40,971 bases of DNA from NCBI GenBank assembly GCA_016198915.1, contig JACQHS010000110.1, positions 1-40,971 on the forward strand. The letters are read 5' to 3'. The stretch is from Candidatus Omnitrophota bacterium (lineage in GTDB: Bacteria; Omnitrophota; Gorgyraeia; Aquiviventales; Aquiviventaceae). Below, in pieces: positions 1 to 8,052 of this stretch. The notes under the pieces are model-generated. The model saw only the letters and a program-made list of their open reading frames with translations. It had not been told where the DNA came from and did not search any database. Positions within the stretch are counted from its first letter, which is position 1; each line of letters starts with the position of its first letter. A program made the position numbers and the translations under genes.

Positions 1-1
1 C

Positions 2-652
2 GTGAGCGGCCAGGTGGAGTGGCAGCAGGCGGGCAGCGACCTCTGGGAACCGGCGATGGCGCAACACGAGCTGACCAGCGGCGACAAGCTCCGGACCAGC
101 GACGATGGTCGGGCGACCCTGACCCTCGATGAGGGGAGTACCATCGAGCTTTCGCCCGGCTCGGAGTTTGTCATTCAGTCGTTGTCCGAGGACGTGACCG
201 GACGATCCGAATCCATCTTCGGCATCTGGGCAGGCTCGCTTACGGCGCAGGTCATGCCGATGTCGGAGGGCTCGGTGTTTCAGTTTGAGACGCCGACCAC
301 GACGGTCAACGTCGTGGGGACCACGCTGACCATCACCATCAACCCGGATGGGTCGGTGACTGTGAAGAGCGATGAGGGCACCCTTGAGCTGAGCCGCGAG
401 GGCGACAGCCGGCTGCGCCTTGAGCTCGAAAGCGGCGAGGAAGTCCTGGTGGAGTACGACCCGGGCACCGGGGTGCTGCGGGTCACGAGCCTCTCCGGGA
501 CGTTCGACGTCGTGGGGCCGGACAACGTCCCGATCACGCTGGCGGACGGGGACACGGCGGTCTGGAGCGGCGGGGCGGCGACGTTCATCCCGGGGACCCC
601 GCCGGTCGGCGATGCGCCGGCGGCGGATACGCTCGGGGAGCCGGTGAGCTGA
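2..652 (+). CDS. FecR-domain protein, 3' part (gene probably continues beyond the left edge)
   Basis: Frame open from base 2 to TGA 650-652. 'GDKLRTSDDGRATLTLDEGSTIELSPGSEFVIQ...FQFETPTTTVNVVGTTLTI' fits the FecR sensor-domain pattern. The leading GTG is likely internal. Confidence 0.6.
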   Translation: MSGQVEWQQAGSDLWEPAMAQHELTSGDKLRTSDDGRATLTLDEGSTIELSPGSEFVIQSLSEDVTGRSESIFGIWAGSLTAQVMPMSEGSVFQFETPTTTVNVVGTTLTITINPDGSVTVKSDEGTLELSREGDSRLRLELESGEEVLVEYDPGTGVLRVTSLSGTFDVVGPDNVPITLADGDTAVWSGGAATFIPGTPPVGDAPAADTLGEPVS

Positions 653-778
653 TCCAGGTCGCTCAGTGGTGAGCGAGGAGGGAGTAGCCGATGAGGCCGC
701 GAACGAGAGACGTGGGGTCGCGCTGTGAGGTGAAGCAACCGCAGGCCCATGTGGCCGGCAAGCAAGAAGGGGGGGGCG

Positions 779-2050
779 ATGATTAAGCGGGGTAGGTTAG
801 GTGCTCTGGGCGCCTTGGGACTGTTGGGATGCCTCGTGTGGCTCGGCACGGTCCCGCCGGTGGTGGTGGCGGAAGAGCAGGAGCTGCAGATCGGGCTGCC
901 AGACTTCCCGCGGCGAGTCCGGCGGACGTTGCCGGAGCTGAAGCCGGAACAGGAGATCCGAGTCGGCATCCTGAAACTTCATCCTTCGTTTCGCTCGGCC
1001 ATTCAGTTCGATGACAACATCCGGCTGGCAAGTTCAGGTGAGGAGTCGACGGTGATCTTCCAGGAGAAACCGGGGATCATCGGTGAGGTGAAGTTAGGTG
1101 ATCACCGGCTTGAAGCGGGCTACGGCATCGAGATCCTGAGCTTCGCTGGGGACAGCGCGGAAGACTCGCTCAACCATCTGGCCCATGGGCAGCTGGATCT
1201 CAACCTGGCCAACAACTTCAGCGTGACCACGAAGGACACGTTCGAGCGCAACGAAGGGCGTCTCTTCACCGAGACCACGGACCGCGACAAGATCAACATC
1301 AACACACTGGAGATCCTGGGTCGCTACGATCGGCCCATGTGGGCCCTGGAGGGTGGCTGGACGTATAACCTCGTCGACCACGATACCGCCGCCTTTGAGA
1401 GCAACGACTACGACGAGCACGTCCTGGCAATCCTGGGGGGCTACAAGATCTTCCCGAAGACGCTGTGGCTGGTGGAGACCGACGTCGGGTTCATCGAGTA
1501 CGACGCCAACACCACCCGAGGCGACCACACCTACTGGCAGATCCTGACCGGGTTGCGGGGCGAGCTGACCTCGAAGGTCACCTCGACGATCAAGGTGGGG
1601 TTCCAGAACCGGGATTTCGATAACCTGGCGACGGCGCCGGGCGATGCGGACGAGTTCGTGGCCGATGCGGAGCTGGTCTACAGCCCGACGACGGACGATG
1701 TGGCGCGGCTGGAGTACCTGCGGACGCTTCGGACCTCGACGTACGCCACGAACCACTACTACCGCCAGGACAAGATCGCCCTGAGCTACCGCAAGCGCTT
1801 CGCGCGGAAGTGGCTCGTAACACCCCGGTTCTCGTGGCAGCTCAATGACTACCATGTGGCGTCCACCGAGGGCGGGGTGACGAAGGAGCGGGAGGACGAT
1901 TTCTTCCAGGTGGGCCTCGATCTGCGTTATGAGCTCAAGGAGTGGCTCTCGAGCGGCATCGCCTACAACTTCCGCACTCGCAACTCCAACTTCGGCACGT
2001 TTGACTACGACAACAACCGGTACACCTTTGACGTGACCTTGGCGTTCTAG
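779..2050 (+). CDS. Outer-membrane beta-barrel protein, candidate polysaccharide-secretion porin
   Basis: Signal peptide 'MIKRGRLGALGALGLLGCLVWLGTVPPVVVA'. Alternating amphipathic Y/F/G-rich strands throughout. C-terminal 'YTFDVTLAF' ends in the aromatic residue typical of OM barrels. ATG 779 is preceded by a G-rich RBS-like tract (769-776). The alternative ATG 749 gives a poorer signal peptide. Confidence 0.6.
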   Translation: MIKRGRLGALGALGLLGCLVWLGTVPPVVVAEEQELQIGLPDFPRRVRRTLPELKPEQEIRVGILKLHPSFRSAIQFDDNIRLASSGEESTVIFQEKPGIIGEVKLGDHRLEAGYGIEILSFAGDSAEDSLNHLAHGQLDLNLANNFSVTTKDTFERNEGRLFTETTDRDKININTLEILGRYDRPMWALEGGWTYNLVDHDTAAFESNDYDEHVLAILGGYKIFPKTLWLVETDVGFIEYDANTTRGDHTYWQILTGLRGELTSKVTSTIKVGFQNRDFDNLATAPGDADEFVADAELVYSPTTDDVARLEYLRTLRTSTYATNHYYRQDKIALSYRKRFARKWLVTPRFSWQLNDYHVASTEGGVTKEREDDFFQVGLDLRYELKEWLSSGIAYNFRTRNSNFGTFDYDNNRYTFDVTLAF

Positions 2051-2109
2051 CTCGTTCGGTACCACCAGTCGGCTGTGGGGGCTTTTAGGAAGTGACGGGA
2101 GGTCCTTTG

Positions 2110-2139
2110 TAGACATGAAATTCGAAAAACAATTATAAA
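2110..2139 (+). promoter_or_regulatory. Candidate sigma70-type promoter for the export/biosynthesis operon
   Basis: -35 TAGACA (2110-2115), 18-bp spacer, -10 TATAAA (2134-2139). Lies in the only AT-rich patch of the 2051-2164 gap. The predicted TSS (about 2146-2148) is downstream of the track's ATG 2141. Confidence 0.35.
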
Positions 2140-2164
2140 GATGAAACGAAGGGAGGGATCAAAA

Positions 2165-3571
2165 GTGCGTACCGGCATGAGCGTGAGCAGAAGCACCATG
2201 CGATGGGCCGTCATGTGCGGCCTGATTGTCGGAGTCTGCGGATGTTCCAGGGGTCGGACGGAGCTCGTGGTGATTACTGGGGAGACCTATGGGTCCGGGG
2301 TAGATGCGTTGGAGGTAGATGCGTTGGAGTTGAGCGAGCCGTCCGGCGCTGTGCCTGCTGCGACGTTCGTGCCGGTCGGTCCCGCCCCGGAAGCAGCAGG
2401 GCAGCCTGCAGGGCTGCCGCCTGAGGACGTCGAGGACTACGTGAAGGCCGCTCAACGGATGCTCAGAGAGGGGGACTTTGCGACAGCCTCCTTCTTACTC
2501 GAGGACGCGTTCAAGCTGGATCCCGATGCGCGCTCGGTGAGATCGCTGCAAGCGAAACTCGAAAAGGCGCAACGAGCGGCGCAGGAGCAGGCGCGCCGCG
2601 AGCTCATCAACGCGTATGAGCGCGAGGGCCGCCAGATCCTGAAGCAGGGAGACGAAGACCGCGCGCTGGCCTATTTCTACGCAGCGCAGGCGTTGGACCC
2701 CGCGAATCGCAAGATCTTCAATCGCATCCAGCAGGCAAACGCGACCTGGCAGAAGCGCAGGGCGCAGCAGCGCGAAGTGGAGTTTCAGAAGTCCCTGCGG
2801 ATAGCGAAGGCCGCGGCCGAGGGGACGCCGGAGGCCGAGTCGGAGCCAGGGAAGACCATCGAGAACGAAGCGGCTGTCCTCATGAGCGTGAGCGGAACGA
2901 GCGCTGGCACTTCGCAATCGGCCGCGGAGCCACAGCCGTCGCCTGAGGTATCCCAGCTGGTCGCTCAGCCGGCGCCCGTGGCAGAAGCCCCCGTGGCGCA
3001 GGTGGAGCCGGATGCGCCCGCCGAGGAGGCCGTGGCGGATCCGGCGCCTCCGCTCGCTCCGGCGACTTACGGGTACACAATCCAGCCGGAGGATGTCCTG
3101 CGCATCACAGTGTTTGAGGAGCCGGACCTCGCCACCCTGGCTCGGGTCACGGCTGCCGGGACGATTACCTTCCCCCTGCTGGGCCACATCGACGTCGCAC
3201 ACCTGGATGTGACGCAGGTGCAGGAGAAGCTCACCCGGCTGCTGGGCGAGGACTTCCTGGTGAATCCCCAGGTGCATGTGTTCATTGAGAGCTACCATCT
3301 GCAACACGTGTTCGTCACCGGTTCGGTGAATAAACCCGGCTCCTACCCGATTCCGACCGAGCGTCCGACCACGGTCATGGAGGCCGTTGCGTTGGCCGGG
3401 GGATTCAGCGAGGAGGCGGCGGTCAACAAGACCAAGATCATCCGGATCGGGGAGGGGAAGGAGCAGACCATTCAGGTGCGGGTGGACGACATCATCAAGA
3501 GGGGGGACAAGACAAAGGATGTCGTGGTGTACGCGAACGACATCGTCTTCGTCCCGGAGAGTTTCTTCTGA
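2165..3571 (+). CDS. OPX-family polysaccharide export lipoprotein (short Wza-like: Poly_export + one SLBB, no C-terminal helix)
   Basis: 'YTIQPEDVLRITVFEEPDL', 'VFVTGSVNKPGSYPIP' and 'TVMEAVALAGGFSEEA...DIVFVPESFF' are Poly_export/SLBB hallmarks. Lipobox-like 'LIVGVCGC' near the N-terminus. GTG 2165 lies 6 nt after RBS GGGAGGGA (2151-2158). Alternative starts are 2141, 2177 and 2198. Confidence 0.85.
   Translation: MRTGMSVSRSTMRWAVMCGLIVGVCGCSRGRTELVVITGETYGSGVDALEVDALELSEPSGAVPAATFVPVGPAPEAAGQPAGLPPEDVEDYVKAAQRMLREGDFATASFLLEDAFKLDPDARSVRSLQAKLEKAQRAAQEQARRELINAYEREGRQILKQGDEDRALAYFYAAQALDPANRKIFNRIQQANATWQKRRAQQREVEFQKSLRIAKAAAEGTPEAESEPGKTIENEAAVLMSVSGTSAGTSQSAAEPQPSPEVSQLVAQPAPVAEAPVAQVEPDAPAEEAVADPAPPLAPATYGYTIQPEDVLRITVFEEPDLATLARVTAAGTITFPLLGHIDVAHLDVTQVQEKLTRLLGEDFLVNPQVHVFIESYHLQHVFVTGSVNKPGSYPIPTERPTTVMEAVALAGGFSEEAAVNKTKIIRIGEGKEQTIQVRVDDIIKRGDKTKDVVVYANDIVFVPESFF
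2300..2329 (+). repeat. Perfect 15-bp tandem duplication (GTAGATGCGTTGGAG x2), in frame
   Basis: Bases 2300-2314 and 2315-2329 are identical. They encode VDALE-VDALE in the N-terminal linker of the OPX protein. Confidence 0.95.
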
Positions 3572-5367
3572 TGGCTGACGAGTTGACGAACGACGTGAGG
3601 CAGCAGGGGCGGAGCTGGCTGCGACTCGCGCGCCGGAGAGCGTGGACGGTCGTCACCTTCCTGACCCTGACGGTGCTCGTCGTCGCGGCGGGCACGTGGC
3701 TCCAGGCCCCGGTGTATCAGGCGACCGCGACTGTCCTGATCGGTATGGAGACGCCGGATGTGCTGACGGTGTCCTCGACACGGGATGCCTCGCTTCAGCG
3801 GGCAGACTACGATACGTATGCCGATTACTACCGAACGCAGTTGGCGGTCATCACCAGCCGTGCGGTCGCCAATCAGGTGTTTCGGAACCTCAAGCTGGAG
3901 GGGCAACCCCCGTACGGCGCAGCGGCCGATCCTGTCGGGGTCCTCTTGGGCCAAGTCGAGGCGGAGCCGGTGAAGCAGACCCGGCTGGCGCACATCCACG
4001 TGGAAGGCCACGATCCTGAGCTCGCCGCGCGGATCGCCAACGAATTTGGGCGGATCTTTGCGGAGCAGAACCTGGCCAAGACGGTGGCCGCCGAGGCGCT
4101 GACCCTCATGAAGAACGAATACCTGAAGCTTCAGTCGCAGGAGGCGGAGCTGTCCAAGCGGTACAAGGCCAAGCATCCGGCGATGATCCGCGTCCGGCAA
4201 AAGATGCAGCAGCTTGGGCAGGCCATCGAGGAAGAGTTGAAACGAGAGCTGCACGCCGACCAGGGACTCGAGGCCGGGAACGGCTCTCCTGCGGACGGGT
4301 CGGCACCGCCTACATCGGCGTCCATCCTGGACCGGTTCAGCGTCCGTTCGGTCATGGGGAGCCTGCGGCCCAACAACATCCGGGTGCAGGACCTCGCCCA
4401 GGTTCCCACGACACCTGTGAGGCCGAAGAAGACCTTGAATCTTTTCCTCGGGGTGCTCCTCGGGCTGCTCGGAGGGCTCGGGATGGCGGTGGGTCAGGAG
4501 CTGCTCGACAGCTCCGTCAAGATGCCGGAGGACCTGGAGCAGGATGAACGGTTGGTGCTGCTGGGCTATGTGCCACGGATCGACGGGCTACGCAGCGCGT
4601 CCAAGAGCCCGGTGAAGGGCAAGACCCGACAACGCGCCCAATGTGTCGAGGTGGAGCCGCACTCCCAGTCCGCGGAGTCCTACCGGGCGCTGAGAACGAA
4701 CCTCCTCTATGCGGTCGCCAATGGGGACGCGCGCGCCTTCACGGTCACGAGTCCGGGGAAGGAGGAAGGGAAGACGACGACCGTGTCGAACCTGGGCATC
4801 GCCATCGCGCAGAGCGGCCTCAAGGTCCTGCTGGTGGACGCGGATCTCCGTAAGGGTCGGTTGCATGACGTCTTCCAGCTGCGGCGCAAGCCGGGCCTGA
4901 GCGAGTTCCTGACCGGTCAGGCGTCGTTTGAATCGGTGATCCAGCCGACAACCATCGCGGGGCTGTCGGTGGTCGCGAGCGGCGCCTTCCCGCCGAATCC
5001 CGCGGAACTCTTGGGCGCATCCCCCATGCGGGAATTCCTCGCGCAGGCGACGGCGGCGTTCGATCGGGTGCTCCTGGACAGCCCCCCGATCGTGGCGGTC
5101 ACGGATGCCGTCGTCCTGGCGGCCGTGACGGGGACGGTGGTGGCCGTGGCGAAGAGCGGCACGACCCCGCGCCGGGCGCTGTATCGGCTGACGACGGCCT
5201 GTCGGGATGTCCGCGCCAAGGTGCTCGGCGTGATCCTCAATGATGTGCCGCGTGTGGACGCCCCGGAATACTACCGCTACGCGGCCTATCGGTACGCCGC
5301 CCCGAAACAGACCAATGGGCGCGAACGTCGCGCGTCGACGACACCAAAGGCTTCCAACCCGTCGTGA
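3571..5367 (+). CDS. Polysaccharide co-polymerase fused to BY-type tyrosine autokinase (Wzc/GumC-like)
   Basis: N-terminal TM plus Wzz-like periplasmic coiled coil, then a second TM 'LNLFLGVLLGLLGGLGMAV'. Walker A 'SPGKEEGKTT', Walker A' 'VLLVDADLR', Walker B 'VLLDSPP'. C-terminal Tyr cluster 'EYYRYAAYRYAA'. The start ATG overlaps the upstream TGA (TGATG). Confidence 0.9.
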   Translation: MADELTNDVRQQGRSWLRLARRRAWTVVTFLTLTVLVVAAGTWLQAPVYQATATVLIGMETPDVLTVSSTRDASLQRADYDTYADYYRTQLAVITSRAVANQVFRNLKLEGQPPYGAAADPVGVLLGQVEAEPVKQTRLAHIHVEGHDPELAARIANEFGRIFAEQNLAKTVAAEALTLMKNEYLKLQSQEAELSKRYKAKHPAMIRVRQKMQQLGQAIEEELKRELHADQGLEAGNGSPADGSAPPTSASILDRFSVRSVMGSLRPNNIRVQDLAQVPTTPVRPKKTLNLFLGVLLGLLGGLGMAVGQELLDSSVKMPEDLEQDERLVLLGYVPRIDGLRSASKSPVKGKTRQRAQCVEVEPHSQSAESYRALRTNLLYAVANGDARAFTVTSPGKEEGKTTTVSNLGIAIAQSGLKVLLVDADLRKGRLHDVFQLRRKPGLSEFLTGQASFESVIQPTTIAGLSVVASGAFPPNPAELLGASPMREFLAQATAAFDRVLLDSPPIVAVTDAVVLAAVTGTVVAVAKSGTTPRRALYRLTTACRDVRAKVLGVILNDVPRVDAPEYYRYAAYRYAAPKQTNGRERRASTTPKASNPS

Positions 5368-5415
5368 GCGCTGTGGTCGCGGACGGGTGGATGGTGCAGC
5401 GGACAATTCGGTGGT

Positions 5416-8052
5416 ATGCGACAACACGACTTCGGATGGATCATCGCGTGGGGCTTTCTCGGCCTGCTGGCCTTAGCACCTCTGGTGCGGGGAGGGCAGC
5501 AGGCGTGGGTCGCTCTCACCGTGACCGCAGGCATTCTGACGCTCGTGACGGCCGCAATCCTGTGCACGCTCTGGGGGCGGACCGTTCCGATCGTCTGGAG
5601 CCGAACCGACTTAGCGCTCCTGCTAGGGGTATGCTGGGTCTGGGTGAGCCTGCACGTCCCCTCCGCTCCACCTGACGCGCTCGTTTCCTTCCTGCTCCTC
5701 CTTGGCTGCGTCGGCGTCTTCTGGCTCGCGCGCGCGCTCGCCGCTGCCGACTTCGCCCTCTGGCTGTCGTGGTATCTCTGCGCCCTCGGGGGTTTGATCG
5801 CCGGCGTGGGCCTGCTGCAACTTGCCGGGGTGCTGAGCCATGCCTGGTGGGATCCCTCCGAGTTCGTCGCCGCCACCTTCGTCAATCATAACCACTTCGC
5901 CGCCTTCCTGGAACTGACGCTGCCGCTGGGCTGTGCGCTGTGGCTCGCGGGGTCCCTCAAAGGGTTCCGGCGGTTTGTGGTGGCGGTCTGCTGTGTCGCG
6001 ATGGCGATCGGGTTGATCCTGAGCCGCTCGCGCGGGGCGTGGCTCAGCCTCACGATGGCGAGCGCGATCGGCCTTGGCTGGCTGTGGGTACGGCACGATC
6101 AGTTGCGGTGGAACTGGCGTGCCGTGGGGACGGCTGCCGTCGCCATGGCGGCGGTCGGGTTTCTCGTGAGTCAGGCCCCGATCCTCAGCCGTGGAGCGAG
6201 CCTGCTGGATGCGTCGAACGATGCCAGTGTCCAGACGCGCCAGGCGATCTGGGCAGGCAGCGTCGCTCTCGCGCAGGAGCGTCCGGTGAAGGGCCACGGG
6301 CTGGGTAGCTTCGTCTTTGAGTTCCCCCGTCACCGGCCCGACGGACTGTATCGGTTGACCCCGTACGCCTTCAACGAGTACGTGCAGGGGATGGCAGAGC
6401 TTGGACTGGTGGGCTTGGCGATCGGCGCCTGGGCCGCATTCCTCGTCCTGCGGCGCGCCGGACGGCTCATCCGCGGAAGCCGAACGCGCTGGAAGCGGGC
6501 GGTGGGCCTTGGCGGCCTGATCGGACTGGGCAGCGTCGCGCTTCACAGTGTGGTGGATTATCCCTGGCACATCCCGGCGGTCGCCTTCGCGTTCGCGGCG
6601 GTTGCGGGCCTGCTCACCGGCATTCACTACTATACGGATCCCTCGCCCCTCCAGAGACTTGATCCGCGGCGCCTGTCCGATCAGGCCGCGGTGCGGCGCC
6701 TCGCGATCCCTGTGATCCTGGCGGGTCTCGTGGTGCTCGGCACGACGCTGGCCACTCACATCGTGGCAGACCTCTCGGCAGCTGAGGCCGCCACGCAGCG
6801 CGACGCCGGGAACCTCGCGGAGGCGGTCACATCGTTCCGGCGCGCGATCCGGCATGCGCCGGGTCATGCGGCCTATCATCGGCAACTGGGCGAGCAGCTC
6901 ATCGAGCTGGCCTGGACGCATCAGGGCCTCAAGCGTCGCGCCCTCCTGAAGGAGGCGGCCGCGGCGTTCCAGCAGGCCCTGGCCCTGGTGCCGCGTGATG
7001 GGCGCAGCGCCGACGCACTCGGCGAAACACTCAAGGCGCTGGGCGAGCCGGACGCCGCGGATCGTGCGTTTGCCCGGGCGGTCGAGGCCGATCCCAAAAA
7101 CCCCCTCTACTGGAAGCACTGGGCTGACCTGCACCTCTCCCGGGGAAAAGCCCCAGAGGCCTTTGAGGCGTATCAACGTGCCGCGGGATTGGCCAACCCG
7201 CACGGCTTTTTCCCCTCAGTGTTTGCCTCGCTGGATGACCCGGACCACTTTGTCCAGGTTGGCGAATCGGCCTGGTTGTTGGGACGCCTGACGGTGGCAA
7301 GGACCGCCTTCACGATTGCCACGTCGTTTCATCCAACGCCGCTGGACGCCCAAGCGGGCTTAGCCCTCTGTGCCCTGAGCGAAGGAGATCTGCCGGCCGC
7401 CCGGCAGCGCATGGCCTCAGTCCATGAGCGGATCCCCCGGGCCAAGTGGTATGCCGGATTGGCCCAGCATCACCTCACGCGCGGAGAGGAGGCGCCAGCC
7501 GAGGCGGCGCTCACCACGGGTCTGAAACTGGACCCCTCGAACCTGCTCGCGCGGCATCTTGAGCTCGTGGCGGCTCGGAAGCATCAGGATGAGCCGCGTT
7601 ATGCGCAGGCGGTCGAGCGGCTGCTCTCGCTGAACCGGCCCCCGGTGTTCGTCCGCAAGGGTTCGGGGCGCGAGGTGAGCGTCGTCTGGGAGCCGGAGGG
7701 TGGGACGTACCCGCAGGGCGAACGGACGCAGACCGGCTGGGCTCTGTTCGACACGGGCTCGATTCACCAGCGGCTGGTGGTGCCTCCGGGTCGGGTCCGA
7801 TTTCGCCTGAAGGCCCAGGGGGGCGAGACCGCCGCAGGGCTGCCGCCGACGTCCGTCTTGTCATGGAACGGCCGTCAGGTCTTTGCGACCGCCATGGGGG
7901 GCCGGTGGTCCGTCTATGACTTTGAGACGGACGTGCGGCCCGGGGAGTCCCTGCTGACGTTTGACTTCATCGCCGACCCCACCAAGCCGCTGGCCCGCAG
8001 CGGTCGCAAGGTCAAGGTGGATCATGTCGCGGTGAGCTGGACGCCGCTGTGA
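5416..8052 (+). CDS. O-antigen-ligase/Wzy-like polytopic membrane protein with C-terminal TPR repeats and a beta-sandwich-like tail
   Basis: About 12 TM segments. Wzy_C-type motifs 'LSRSRGAWLSL' and 'GHGLGSFVFEF...AFNEYVQGMAELGLVGLAI'. TPR-like 'AVTSFRRAIRHAPGHAAYHRQLG' and 'AFARAVEADPKNPLYW'. Confidence 0.8.
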   Translation: MRQHDFGWIIAWGFLGLLALAPLVRGGQQAWVALTVTAGILTLVTAAILCTLWGRTVPIVWSRTDLALLLGVCWVWVSLHVPSAPPDALVSFLLLLGCVGVFWLARALAAADFALWLSWYLCALGGLIAGVGLLQLAGVLSHAWWDPSEFVAATFVNHNHFAAFLELTLPLGCALWLAGSLKGFRRFVVAVCCVAMAIGLILSRSRGAWLSLTMASAIGLGWLWVRHDQLRWNWRAVGTAAVAMAAVGFLVSQAPILSRGASLLDASNDASVQTRQAIWAGSVALAQERPVKGHGLGSFVFEFPRHRPDGLYRLTPYAFNEYVQGMAELGLVGLAIGAWAAFLVLRRAGRLIRGSRTRWKRAVGLGGLIGLGSVALHSVVDYPWHIPAVAFAFAAVAGLLTGIHYYTDPSPLQRLDPRRLSDQAAVRRLAIPVILAGLVVLGTTLATHIVADLSAAEAATQRDAGNLAEAVTSFRRAIRHAPGHAAYHRQLGEQLIELAWTHQGLKRRALLKEAAAAFQQALALVPRDGRSADALGETLKALGEPDAADRAFARAVEADPKNPLYWKHWADLHLSRGKAPEAFEAYQRAAGLANPHGFFPSVFASLDDPDHFVQVGESAWLLGRLTVARTAFTIATSFHPTPLDAQAGLALCALSEGDLPAARQRMASVHERIPRAKWYAGLAQHHLTRGEEAPAEAALTTGLKLDPSNLLARHLELVAARKHQDEPRYAQAVERLLSLNRPPVFVRKGSGREVSVVWEPEGGTYPQGERTQTGWALFDTGSIHQRLVVPPGRVRFRLKAQGGETAAGLPPTSVLSWNGRQVFATAMGGRWSVYDFETDVRPGESLLTFDFIADPTKPLARSGRKVKVDHVAVSWTPL

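Noticed and set aside
660-675. Small hairpin CGCTCA-GTGG-TGAGCG after the FecR-domain gene.
   Set aside because: A 6-bp stem with no T-tract, expected by chance in GC-rich sequence.
2062-2086. Hairpin CCA(C)CAG-TCGG-CTGTGG followed by GGGC-TTTT after the beta-barrel gene as a terminator.
   Set aside because: It is only 6 bp with a bulge, and the T4 run is separated from the stem by 4 nt. It is noted as context for the 2110-2139 promoter but not annotated.
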